From Myxococcota bacterium (GTDB taxonomy: Bacteria > Myxococcota_A > UBA9160 > SMWR01): 64,000 nucleotides of DNA. The DNA lies in assembly GCA_035541475.1 (NCBI GenBank), contig DATKND010000172.1, positions 5,040 to 69,039 of the forward strand, in the 5' to 3' direction. The translations under genes and the position numbers were made by a program. Under the pieces are notes generated by a model. The model had not been told where the DNA came from. It was given only the letters and a program-made list of their open reading frames with translations, and made no database searches. This document shows, piece after piece, positions 23,181-32,218 of the stretch (position 1 is its first letter; each line of letters opens with the position of its first letter).

Positions 23181-24266
23181 CTAGACGAGCGAGAGGCCCT
23201 CGAAGCAGGCGAAGCCGCGTGCGTTCCGCAGGCACAGCTCCGGCAGGTACTCGCGCGTGTAGCCGTGGCCGCCGAGCACCTGCACGGCGGCGTCGCTCAC
23301 CTCGAGCGCGACCTTCTGCGCCTGCCGGTGCGCGAGGAACACCGCGCGCGCCGCGTCGCGCGCGGTGTCGAGGTGCCAGGCCGCCTCCCATACGAGCAGG
23401 CGCGCCGCGTCGATCTCGATCGCCATGTCGGCGAGCTTGAAGGCGATCGCCTGCTTGGTCGCGATCGGCGCGCCGAACGCCCGACGCTCCTTCGCGTAGT
23501 CGCGTGCGACCTCGTAGGCCGCGCGCGCGACCCCGATCGCCATCGCGCCCTGCGCCACGCGCCCGCGCTGCACGACCGAGGCGAGGCCGTCGCGGGCGGG
23601 GGGCAGCGCGTCGTCGGCCGCCACGCGCACGGCCTGGAGCGAGAGCTCGACCGTCGGCAGCGCCTGGATGCCCATGTAGCGCGCCGGCGTGGCGCGCAGC
23701 CCCATGGCCTGGCGCGCCACGCGGAAGAGCTGCGGGCCGGTGTCGCCCGTGGCCGACACCAGCACGTGATCGCCGCCCTCGACCCAGGGCACGAGGCACT
23801 TCTCGCCGTCGAGCCGGTAGCCGGCGCCGTCGCGGCGCGCGCGCGTGTGCGGCGTCAGCGGATCCGCGCCGTAGTGCGGCTCGACGAGCGCGAGCGCGCC
23901 GGGCCGGAAGCGCTCGCCGACGAGCCCCGGCAGCCAGAGCTGCTTCTGCGCGTCGCTCGCGAGATCCGACACCGGGACGCTCTCGAGCGACGGCGACAGG
24001 ATGGCCGCCGCGATCGAGAGGTCGCCCCACGCGAGCTCCTCCGCGACGAGCGCTCCCGTCAGCGCGCTGCGTTCGCCGCCGCCGCCGAAGCGCTCGTCGA
24101 TGCCGCTCGCGACGAGTCCGAGCGCGTGCGCTTCGTGCAGCAGCTCCGCGGGCAGCTTCGCGGCCTCGTCGCACTCGCGCGCGCGAGGTCGCACCTCGTT
24201 CCGTGCGAACTGTCGCACCGTCTCGACGATGAGCTGCTGCTCTTCGCTGGGATCGAAGTCGATCAC
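23181..24266 (-). CDS. acyl-CoA dehydrogenase paralogue (shorter, 361 aa)
   Basis: Within ORF 23181..24743, with GTG at 24266 (VIDFDPSEEQQLIVETVRQFA). ACAD fold motifs LVEPHYGAD and GGHGYTREYLPELCLRNARGF. Ends shortly after FEG. Confidence 0.85.
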   Translation of the reverse strand: MIDFDPSEEQQLIVETVRQFARNEVRPRARECDEAAKLPAELLHEAHALGLVASGIDERFGGGGERSALTGALVAEELAWGDLSIAAAILSPSLESVPVSDLASDAQKQLWLPGLVGERFRPGALALVEPHYGADPLTPHTRARRDGAGYRLDGEKCLVPWVEGGDHVLVSATGDTGPQLFRVARQAMGLRATPARYMGIQALPTVELSLQAVRVAADDALPPARDGLASVVQRGRVAQGAMAIGVARAAYEVARDYAKERRAFGAPIATKQAIAFKLADMAIEIDAARLLVWEAAWHLDTARDAARAVFLAHRQAQKVALEVSDAAVQVLGGHGYTREYLPELCLRNARGFACFEGLSLV

Positions 24267-24426
24267 GGAGTCCTGCGCTGCGCTCCGACCGGCGCACGCG
24301 CGCCGCGCGCTCAGACGATCTGTGCGAAATCGCTCACGAAAAAGCGCGCGCGAGTCTATCAGCTCGAAGCCTTCGTCGCAGCGCGCGCAGAGGTGTCGTC
24401 GAATGCGAATTTCTCCTTGACGCGAC

Positions 24427-24455
24427 GGGGCTTCCGGGATATCACACCGCGCGTT
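24427..24455 (+). promoter_or_regulatory. candidate sigma70-type promoter for the act operon
   Basis: TTGACG (24427-24432), 17-nt spacer, TATCAC (24450-24455). About 150 nt upstream of the actA ATG, inside a 336-nt divergent intergenic region. Confidence 0.35.
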
Positions 24456-24602
24456 TCGGTGGCCGCGCAGCTCGCGCGCGTCGGTCTCGGTCTCATCCCC
24501 AAGGCGACTGTGCTCTCGCATCCGCGTCCATGCGGCGCGTCGGGCCGTCGCGCACTCCCGCCCACTCCATCCGCCTGGTCCACGAGAGAAGACCCACCTC
24601 GC

Positions 24603-25328
24603 ATGAAGCCGAGCCCGCTCCACGCCCTCGTCGCCGCGCTCGGCGCGCTCGGCGTATTCTCGCTGTGGACGGGTCTCGGCGCGTCGCGCGTGGAGGCGGC
24701 CGACGACGGCCCGCTCGTCGCGCACAGCGTTTGCGAGGCGCACGAGCTCGAGGCGCGCAAGGCCGCGGACCCGAGCTTGCAGATCGAGATCCCTCAGGAG
24801 TTCGCGTCGCCGTGGCCGAGCCGCGCGGCGTGTCTCTCACACACCGCGGCCGAGGATGCGTCGACGCCGGGGCCGGTGCAGCCCATTCCCTTCAGCCACA
24901 AGCACCACGCGGGCCTCTTCCAGATCGATTGCCAGTACTGCCATACCGGCACCGATCGCTCGCGAGCGGCGGGCGTCCCGTCGGTCCAGCTCTGCATGGG
25001 CTGCCACTCGCAGTTCCCGCCGACCTACGACGAGCTCGCCGGCATCCGCACCTTGAAGCAGCACTGGGAAGAGAAGAAGACGATCGAGTGGGAGCAGATC
25101 TACCGGCTGCCCGAGTACGTCAAGTTCCAGCACCGCGCCCACGTCCAGAGGGGCGTTGCCTGCCAGACCTGCCACGGCCCCATCGAGGAGATGGACAAGG
25201 TCTACATGACCTCCGACACCGTGTGGTGGCCGTGGCTGCTGCCCGCTCACAAGCCCGAGATGGGCTGGTGCATCGACTGTCATCGCCGGAACGGCGCCAC
25301 GCAGGACTGCCAGGCCTGCCATTACTAG
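24603..25328 (+). CDS. actA: alternative complex III, pentahaem cytochrome c subunit ActA
   Basis: Within ORF 23133..25328, with ATG at 24603. Signal/anchor MKPSPLHALVAALGALGVF. Five CxxCH motifs: CQYCH, CMGCH, CQTCH, CIDCH, CQACH. Confidence 0.9.
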   Translation: MKPSPLHALVAALGALGVFSLWTGLGASRVEAADDGPLVAHSVCEAHELEARKAADPSLQIEIPQEFASPWPSRAACLSHTAAEDASTPGPVQPIPFSHKHHAGLFQIDCQYCHTGTDRSRAAGVPSVQLCMGCHSQFPPTYDELAGIRTLKQHWEEKKTIEWEQIYRLPEYVKFQHRAHVQRGVACQTCHGPIEEMDKVYMTSDTVWWPWLLPAHKPEMGWCIDCHRRNGATQDCQACHY

Positions 25329-25352
25329 AAGGACGCGAGGCCAGCCTCGACG

Positions 25353-28300
25353 ATGTCCGAGATCGATCGACGAGAGTTCCTGAAGATCGTGGGAGTGGGC
25401 GCCGGCGCCGCCGCCGCGGCCGGCTGCTACCGCTATTCCGAGCTGCCCGAGAAGCTGATCCCCTACGTGATCCAGGACGAGGAGATCATCCCGGGCCTCC
25501 CGGTCATCTACGCTTCGACCTGTCAGGAGTGCAGCGCGGGCTGCGGCGTGCACGTGCGCACGCGCGAGAGCCGCCCGATCAAGCTCGAAGGCAACCCGCA
25601 GCACCCGATCAACCGCGGCAGCTTGTGCGCGCGCGGTCAGGCGGGAATCGGTCGCACCTATCATCCGGACCGCTACGTGGGTCCGTTGCAGCGCGGATCC
25701 GACGGCGCGTTCGCGAAGACGACGTGGGACGACGCGCAGCACACGGTCGCGGCCCGGATCGCCGCCGCGCAGGGGAAGGTGGCGGTGCTCGGCGCCCCGA
25801 CCGGCCCCGCGCTCTCGCGCCTGATCGACGCCTGGCTCGCGGCGGTCGGCGGCGGCTCGCGCGTCGTGTACGAGCCCTTCGCGCGCGAGGCGCTGCGCGA
25901 GGCCACCTCGGCCGTCTTCGGCGTGGCCAGCGAGCCGATCTTCGACCTCGAGGGCTGCGATCTCGTGATCGACTTCGGCGCCGACTCCGTCGGCGGCAGC
26001 GGTCGTTCGCCGGTCGAGCACGCGCGCCAGCTGATGGCCGCGCGCGACGTCGCGAAGGAAGAGGGGCGCGCCTCGCGGCTCGTGTACGTGGGCCCGCGCC
26101 TCGACGAGACCGCCAGCGTCGCCGACGAGTGGCTTCCGGCGAAGCCCGGCAGCGAGGGCGTGCTCGCGCTCGCGGTGGCGCGCGTCGCCTTCGAGACGCG
26201 CTCGAAGGGCGCGCCCGGCTCGGAGGCGTCGCTGCAGGGCGTGCTCGCCGGCTTCTCGCCGGAGAGCGCGGCCGAACGCACGGGCGTGTCGGCCGACGCG
26301 ATCCGGCGGCTCGGGCGCGCGGTCGCCGCGGCGAAGAAGGCGGTGGCGCTGCCGCCGGGCGTCGCGCTGACGAGCCGCCGCGCGGTCGCGACCAACGCCG
26401 CAGTGCTCGTGCTCGACGTCGTGGCCGGCGCGGTCGGCACGTCGCTGCACATCCCGCCCGCGACGGAGACGCGCGTCGCCAGCTTCCGCGACGCCGTGAA
26501 GCTGATCGACGCGATGAAGTCGGGCGACGTGAAGGTGCTGCTCGTCCACGGCGGCGCGAATCCCGTGCACACGCTGCCCCCGGACTCCGGCTTCACGGCG
26601 GCGCTCGAGAAGGTCGGGACGGTGGTGTCGTTCGCGTCGCTGCCGGACGAGACGAGCGAGCGCGCGCACTTCGTGCTGCCCGACCACACGCCGCTCGAGT
26701 CGTGGGGCGACGCCGCGCCGCGGCCCGGCGTGCGCTCGCTGGTGCAGCCGACGATCCGCCCGCTCTTCGACACGCAGGCGCTCGGCGACAGCCTGCTCGG
26801 CATCGCACGCGCGATGGGCGACGGCGTGGCCGGCTCGCTGCCGGCCGGCTCGTTCCGCGGCGTGGTCGAATCGGCCTGGTCGGGGACGTCGCTGCGCGCG
26901 GCGCTCGAGCGCGGCGGCGAGTTCGGCGAGGGCAGCTACGCGTCGCCGTCGCTCTCCGCGAGCCTCGCACGCATCGAGTGGCGCGAGCCGCAGCTCGAGG
27001 GCGAGGGCGAGTTCGTGCTGCTGCCGGTTCCGTCTCCGCTGCTCGGCGACGGCAGCGGCGCGCACCTTCCCTGGCTCCAGGAGACGCCCGATCCGATCAC
27101 GAAGATCACCTGGCAGTCGTGGGCCGAGATCAGCGAGCGCGCGGCCGCATCGCTCGGCGTGCGGCCGGGCGACGTGCTGAAGGTCGAGACGCCCTTCGGC
27201 TCGCTCGAGGTGCCGGTCTGGCCGCGCGGCGGCATCCGCGACGACGTGATCGCGGTGGCGATCGGGCAGGGCCACACCGTCGGGCGTTACGCCGCGGTGC
27301 AGACGCCGGACGGGTCCAGCGCGCCGCGCGGCGTGAACGTGATCTCGGTGCTGCCGTCGCTGACCGACGAGGCCGGCGGGCGCGCCTGGCTCGCCGCGAA
27401 GGCGCGCGTCCGCGCCGCCGGCCGCTTCGAGCGCCTGCCCTTCACGCAGGAGACCGACGACAAGCGCGGCCGCATGCTCGGCGAGGCGATTTCCCTGGTC
27501 GCGCTCGCCGAGGGCGGACCGTCGCCGTGGGCGCCGAACCAGGCCGCGGCGGTGGTCGATCACGGCACGCCGATCACAGGCGCCGCGGCCGCCGCTACCC
27601 CTCTGGGCGAGGTCGCACCCGGAGAGCACGCGGGCGAGGGCGACAAACATCACGAGCCCGAGATCCTGCGCGCCTACGACGCCGTCGCCGACTCGCTGCC
27701 GACCGATCCCTTCCGATGGGGCATGACGATCGACGTCGACCGCTGCACCGGCTGCAGCGCCTGCGTGGTCGCGTGCTCGATCGAGAACAACGTCCCGATC
27801 GTCGGCGAGACGCAGGTGAAGCGCGCGCGCATCATGTCGTGGCTGCGCATCGAGCGCTACGTCGGTACCGGCGAGCCGACGCTACAGCCTGCCCGCCCGG
27901 GACCGCAGAACCACGAAGAGCTCGGCAAGACCGATGTGCGCAACTCGCCGATGCTGTGTCAGCACTGCGGCGCGGCGCCCTGCGAGCCGGTCTGCCCCGT
28001 GCTCGCGACCTATCACTCGCCGTCCGGCCTGAACGGCATGATCTACAACCGCTGCATCGGCACGCGGTACTGTTCGAACAACTGTCCCTACAAGGTGCGG
28101 CGCTTCAACTGGTACGACTACCAGATCGAGACCTGGCCGCAGCCGCAGCCGCTGATGCTGAATCCGGACGTCACGGTGCGCGCGCAGGGCGTGATGGAGA
28201 AGTGCACCTTCTGCATCCAGCGCATCCAGGCCGGTCGCCTGCTGGCGAAGACCGAGGGCAACGCGACGCCCGCCGACGGCGCCGTGAAGACGGCCTGCCA

Positions 28301-28481
28301 GCAGACCTGTCCGACCGGCGCCATCCACTTCGGGAACCTGAAGGACGAGAAGAGCGAGGTGCGCGAAGCCGCCGCGCAGGGCGCGGGACGCGCCTACCAC
28401 GCGCTCCACGATCTCAACACGCGTCCGGCCATCACCTATCTCGCCCGCGTCCGGCGCGAGGGCGAGGACCACTCCGCGTGA
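25353..28481 (+). CDS. actB: alternative complex III ActB (molybdopterin-like domain fused to 4Fe-4S domain)
   Basis: 1042 aa. Tat signal DRREFLKIVGVGAGAAAAAGC. Cys cluster CQECSAGCG. C-terminal ferredoxin clusters CTGCSACVVAC, CQHCGAAPCEPVCP, CIGTRYCSNNCPY. Confidence 0.9.
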   Translation: MSEIDRREFLKIVGVGAGAAAAAGCYRYSELPEKLIPYVIQDEEIIPGLPVIYASTCQECSAGCGVHVRTRESRPIKLEGNPQHPINRGSLCARGQAGIGRTYHPDRYVGPLQRGSDGAFAKTTWDDAQHTVAARIAAAQGKVAVLGAPTGPALSRLIDAWLAAVGGGSRVVYEPFAREALREATSAVFGVASEPIFDLEGCDLVIDFGADSVGGSGRSPVEHARQLMAARDVAKEEGRASRLVYVGPRLDETASVADEWLPAKPGSEGVLALAVARVAFETRSKGAPGSEASLQGVLAGFSPESAAERTGVSADAIRRLGRAVAAAKKAVALPPGVALTSRRAVATNAAVLVLDVVAGAVGTSLHIPPATETRVASFRDAVKLIDAMKSGDVKVLLVHGGANPVHTLPPDSGFTAALEKVGTVVSFASLPDETSERAHFVLPDHTPLESWGDAAPRPGVRSLVQPTIRPLFDTQALGDSLLGIARAMGDGVAGSLPAGSFRGVVESAWSGTSLRAALERGGEFGEGSYASPSLSASLARIEWREPQLEGEGEFVLLPVPSPLLGDGSGAHLPWLQETPDPITKITWQSWAEISERAAASLGVRPGDVLKVETPFGSLEVPVWPRGGIRDDVIAVAIGQGHTVGRYAAVQTPDGSSAPRGVNVISVLPSLTDEAGGRAWLAAKARVRAAGRFERLPFTQETDDKRGRMLGEAISLVALAEGGPSPWAPNQAAAVVDHGTPITGAAAAATPLGEVAPGEHAGEGDKHHEPEILRAYDAVADSLPTDPFRWGMTIDVDRCTGCSACVVACSIENNVPIVGETQVKRARIMSWLRIERYVGTGEPTLQPARPGPQNHEELGKTDVRNSPMLCQHCGAAPCEPVCPVLATYHSPSGLNGMIYNRCIGTRYCSNNCPYKVRRFNWYDYQIETWPQPQPLMLNPDVTVRAQGVMEKCTFCIQRIQAGRLLAKTEGNATPADGAVKTACQQTCPTGAIHFGNLKDEKSEVREAAAQGAGRAYHALHDLNTRPAITYLARVRREGEDHSA

Positions 28482-28488
28482 GGACCGC

Positions 28489-29856
28489 ATGACGCCGCCG
28501 CCCGCCGAACCCGTCGCCGCGCTGATCCGCCCCCCGCCCGTGGCCCGCGACTCGCAGGTCAACCGCGACCTGCTGCGCGTGATGGACGGCGTGTCGGTCG
28601 GCTACTTCGGCGTGCTCGCGCTGGCGCTCGGCTTCATGTTCGCGGCCGGAGGCGTCTGGATCTACCAGGTCTACAAGGGCCTCGGCATCGCGGGCTACGC
28701 GCACCCGATCTTCTGGGGCTCCTACATCGTCACCTTCGTGTTCTGGGTCGGCATCGCGCACGCGGGCACCCTGATCTCGGCCATCCTCTATCTCTTTCGC
28801 GCGAAGTGGCGCAACGCCATCAACCGCAGCGCCGAGGCGATGACGGTGTTCGCGGTGCTGACGGCCGCGCAGTTCCTCGGCATCCACGTCGGCCGCATCT
28901 GGAAGTCCTACTTCATCCTGCCGTACCCGAATCAGCGCGCGCTGTGGGTCAACTTCAAGAGTCCGCTGCTCTGGGACACCTTCGCGATCACGACCTACGC
29001 GACGATCTCGATCGTGTTCTTCTACGTCGGCCTGATCCCCGACCTCGCGATCGCGCGCGACCGCTCTACCGGCTGGCGCCGCGCGCTCTACACGGTGCTC
29101 TCGCTCGGCTGGGAGGGCACGTCGCGGCAGTGGAAGTCGCACAACCGCACCGTGCTCCACCTCTCGGGGCTGGCCACGCCGCTCGTGCTCTCGGTCCACA
29201 GCGTGGTGTCCTGGGACTTCGCGATGTCGATCGTCCCGACCTGGCACGCGACGATCTTCGCCCCGTACTTCGTGGCCGGCGCGATCTTCTCGGGCTTCGC
29301 GATGGTGCTGACGATGATGATCCCGGTGCGCCGGATCTACGGCCTCGAGCACATCATCACCGACTACCACTTCGAGAACATGTCGAGGTTCCTGCTGCTG
29401 ACCTCGCTGATCGTCGGCTACGCCTACTGCGCCGAGTACTTCATCGCCTGGTACAGCGGCGTCGAGGCGGAGCAGACGTCGTTCTGGAGCCGCGCCTTCG
29501 GACCCTACTGGATCTCGACCTGGGTCATGATCTCGTGCAACGCGATCTTCCCGCAGATCCTGTGGTTCAAGAAGGCGCGCACGCACGTGCCGACGCTCTT
29601 CGTGCTCTCGGTGCTGATCAACATCGGCATGTGGTTCGAGCGCTACGTGATCATCATCGGCGGGCTTTCGCGCGAGTACGACCCGGCCGTCTGGGGCACC
29701 TACACGCCGCAGTGGACCGAGCTGATCATCGTTGCCGGCTCCTTCGGCTTCTTCTGCCAGTTCTTCCTGATGTTCCTGAAGGTCTTCCCGGTCGTGGCGA
29801 TCGCGGAGGTGAAGGAGATCGAGATCCACGCCAGGGCGCACGGAGAGGGACACTGA
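28489..29856 (+). CDS. actC: alternative complex III ActC (NrfD/PsrC-like quinol-interacting membrane subunit)
   Basis: 455 aa polytopic protein with an NrfD-like sequence (FWGSYIVTFVFWVGIAHAGTLISA). Operon position directly after actB. Confidence 0.85.
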   Translation: MTPPPAEPVAALIRPPPVARDSQVNRDLLRVMDGVSVGYFGVLALALGFMFAAGGVWIYQVYKGLGIAGYAHPIFWGSYIVTFVFWVGIAHAGTLISAILYLFRAKWRNAINRSAEAMTVFAVLTAAQFLGIHVGRIWKSYFILPYPNQRALWVNFKSPLLWDTFAITTYATISIVFFYVGLIPDLAIARDRSTGWRRALYTVLSLGWEGTSRQWKSHNRTVLHLSGLATPLVLSVHSVVSWDFAMSIVPTWHATIFAPYFVAGAIFSGFAMVLTMMIPVRRIYGLEHIITDYHFENMSRFLLLTSLIVGYAYCAEYFIAWYSGVEAEQTSFWSRAFGPYWISTWVMISCNAIFPQILWFKKARTHVPTLFVLSVLINIGMWFERYVIIIGGLSREYDPAVWGTYTPQWTELIIVAGSFGFFCQFFLMFLKVFPVVAIAEVKEIEIHARAHGEGH

Positions 29857-30359
29857 TGCCGCAGCTCCTCGGCGTCTTCACGGAGCCCGCGCACGTCGCG
29901 GCGGCGGTGCACCGATTGCGCGGCCGCGGCTTCACCGACCTCGAGACCTTCTCGCCGGCACCCTTCGCGGAGATCGATGACGCGATGCTGCCGAAGCCCT
30001 CGGGTGTGCGCGGCTGGACCCTGGTCGGCGGACTCACGGGCGTCGTCACCGGCTACGCGCTGACCCTGTGGATGGCCAACAACTGGCAGATCATGCTCGG
30101 CGGCAAGCCCTTCTCGTCGATCCCGCCGTACACGATCATCGCCTTCGAGCTGACCATCCTCTTCGGCGGCCTGATGACGTTCTTCGGCCTGCTGGTCGTC
30201 GGCCGCCTGCCGTCGTTCCGCTCGCACAAGGGCTACAGCGCGCGCTTTTCGGCGGAGGACTTCGGCCTCGTGGTGCGCTGCCGCGAGCGCGACGTGGCGG
30301 AGATCGACGGGCTCCTGCGCGAGCACCACGCGACGGAGGTCAGCCTTGTCGAGGCATAG
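29856..30359 (+). CDS. actD: alternative complex III ActD
   Basis: Within ORF 28806..30359. The ATG overlaps the actC stop (TGATG). MPQLLGVFTEPAHVAAAVHRLRGRGF followed by two TM helices. Confidence 0.75.
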   Translation: MPQLLGVFTEPAHVAAAVHRLRGRGFTDLETFSPAPFAEIDDAMLPKPSGVRGWTLVGGLTGVVTGYALTLWMANNWQIMLGGKPFSSIPPYTIIAFELTILFGGLMTFFGLLVVGRLPSFRSHKGYSARFSAEDFGLVVRCRERDVAEIDGLLREHHATEVSLVEA

Positions 30360-30921
30360 GCTCGGCCACTCGCTCTTCACGCTGACGGCCTTCCTGCTCT
30401 GCGGCAGCGTGGGCTGCTGGGAGCAGTGGTCCGACACCTGGTTCCCGCAGATGAAGAAGCAGAAGTCGATCCAGGCGTTCGAGGCGCTGGACTTCCAGGG
30501 CCAGGTCGCGCCGATGTCGCCGCCCGAGGGCGCTGTGCCGGTGAACGCGGGCCAGGCGCCGATCACGCCGACCGACGAGGCCGCCGCGGACGCGGTGCAG
30601 AACCCGGTGCCGATGTCGCTCGCCTCGCTCGAGGACGGCCGCCTGCTCTTCAACCGCTACTGCGCCGCCTGCCACGGCAAGCAGGGGCTCGGCGACGGGC
30701 CGGTCTCGATGACGAGCCCGCAGCAGGGTCCCTTCGCCGGCGTGCTCCCGATCGCGGGGCCCGCGAGCATCGCGAAGATCCGCAGCGACGGACACATCTT
30801 TGCGACGATCCGCTACGGACGCCGCCGCATGCCGTCCTACCAGCGCATCCCCGAGGAGGGCCGCTGGGACATCATCAACTACGTCCGATACCTGAACGGC
30901 CAGAAGGGAGTCGCGCAGTGA
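30346..30921 (+). CDS. actE: alternative complex III ActE (monohaem cytochrome c lipoprotein)
   Basis: 191 aa with a TTG start. Lipobox-like LLCGSVGC and a single CAACHG haem motif. Confidence 0.8.
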   Translation: MSRHRLGHSLFTLTAFLLCGSVGCWEQWSDTWFPQMKKQKSIQAFEALDFQGQVAPMSPPEGAVPVNAGQAPITPTDEAAADAVQNPVPMSLASLEDGRLLFNRYCAACHGKQGLGDGPVSMTSPQQGPFAGVLPIAGPASIAKIRSDGHIFATIRYGRRRMPSYQRIPEEGRWDIINYVRYLNGQKGVAQ

Positions 30922-32195
30922 GCGCCGAGGCCCCCCGACTCGTGGCGAACCCGCGCGAGCTGCCGGGCGCGCTCGTCGCGGTCTGCATCGCGCTGATGCT
31001 GGTGGGCGCGGCCTGCTTCGCGCTCGGCCTCTCGAGCGACCCGGCGACGGCCTGGCGCGCCTTCCACGTGAACTTCCTCTACTTCGGCAACATCGCGCAG
31101 GCGGCCGTGGTGGTGGCCTGTGCGCTCGTCATCGTCGGCGCGCGCTGGGCCGGTCCGATCCGGCACATCGCCGAGGGGCTCGGCGCCTGGGTGCCGATCT
31201 CGGTCGTGCTCTTCCTCGTCGACAGTCTCTTCGGCCGCGAGTACATCTACACCAATTGGTTGCACAACCCGCCGCCCGGCAAGGAGTTCTGGCTGTCCTT
31301 CCCGCGCGTGTTCTGGACCGACCTCGCGCTGCTCGTCGTCGGCGCGCTGCTGACCCTCGTCTACCTGCGCGCCTCGTTCCGCCCGACGCTTGCCGGCGCC
31401 GCGGAGCGGGCCCCGCGCGCGAAGGGCCTGTTCGAGAGCTGGACCGCGGGCTGGCGCGGCGACGAGGTCGAGCGCGCGGAGTCGGAGCGCCGCATCAAGG
31501 TGCTGGCCCCGATCATCTGCCTCTTCTACGCCTTCGGCTTGAGCTTCATCGCCTTCGACCAGGTGATGTCGCTGACGCCGACCTGGTTCTCGAACATCTT
31601 CGGCTGGTACTACCTGTGGGGCGGCTTCCTGTCGGCCGTCGCCGCGACGGCGCTGATCAGCGTGCTGCTGCGCGCGACGTCGCCGGGCTGGGACGCGCAG
31701 ATCACGCGGGCGCGCATGCACGACCTCGGGAAGATGATCTTCGCGTTCTCGATCTTCTGGATGTACCTGTTCTTCGCGCAGTACATCGTGATCTGGTACG
31801 GCAACCTGCCCGAGGAGACGCAGTTCTTCCGCATGCGCCTCGGCACGGGCTTCCTGCAGGACACCTGGACCTTCGTGCTCTCCCGCTTCGACGAGCCGTA
31901 TGTGAGGCTCTCGCTCACCGCCTGGATCGGCTGCTGGTGGATTCCCTTCTGGGTGCTCCTCGGGCAGACGCCGAAGAAGACCCCGGCGATCCTCGGCGGC
32001 GTCGCGGCCGCGGTGCTGACGGGCTTCTGGCTCGAGCGCAACGCGCTGGTCTGGCCGTCGCTCGTGCCGGCGAACGGAATGGCCTGGCTCGGCCTCGTGC
32101 AGCTCGGCATCGGCGCGGGCTTCCTCGGCGCCTTCGCGCTGGTCTTCCTGATCTTCAGCCGCGTATTCCCGTCGCTGCCGCTCCCGCGTCACTAG
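30918..32195 (+). CDS. actF: alternative complex III ActF (second NrfD-like membrane subunit)
   Basis: Within ORF 30426..32195. GTG 30918 overlaps the actE stop (GTGA). Polytopic. Assigned from operon position and hydrophobic profile. Confidence 0.8.
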   Translation: MSAEAPRLVANPRELPGALVAVCIALMLVGAACFALGLSSDPATAWRAFHVNFLYFGNIAQAAVVVACALVIVGARWAGPIRHIAEGLGAWVPISVVLFLVDSLFGREYIYTNWLHNPPPGKEFWLSFPRVFWTDLALLVVGALLTLVYLRASFRPTLAGAAERAPRAKGLFESWTAGWRGDEVERAESERRIKVLAPIICLFYAFGLSFIAFDQVMSLTPTWFSNIFGWYYLWGGFLSAVAATALISVLLRATSPGWDAQITRARMHDLGKMIFAFSIFWMYLFFAQYIVIWYGNLPEETQFFRMRLGTGFLQDTWTFVLSRFDEPYVRLSLTAWIGCWWIPFWVLLGQTPKKTPAILGGVAAAVLTGFWLERNALVWPSLVPANGMAWLGLVQLGIGAGFLGAFALVFLIFSRVFPSLPLPRH

Positions 32196-32218
32196 CGCCG
32201 TCCGCTAGCCTCGCGTTC

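Noticed and set aside
24530-28492. 1320-aa plus-strand and 938-aa minus-strand ORFs overlapping actA/actB
   Set aside because: Arg-rich artefacts. The act frames carry CxxCH haem motifs, a Tat signal and Fe-S cysteine clusters.
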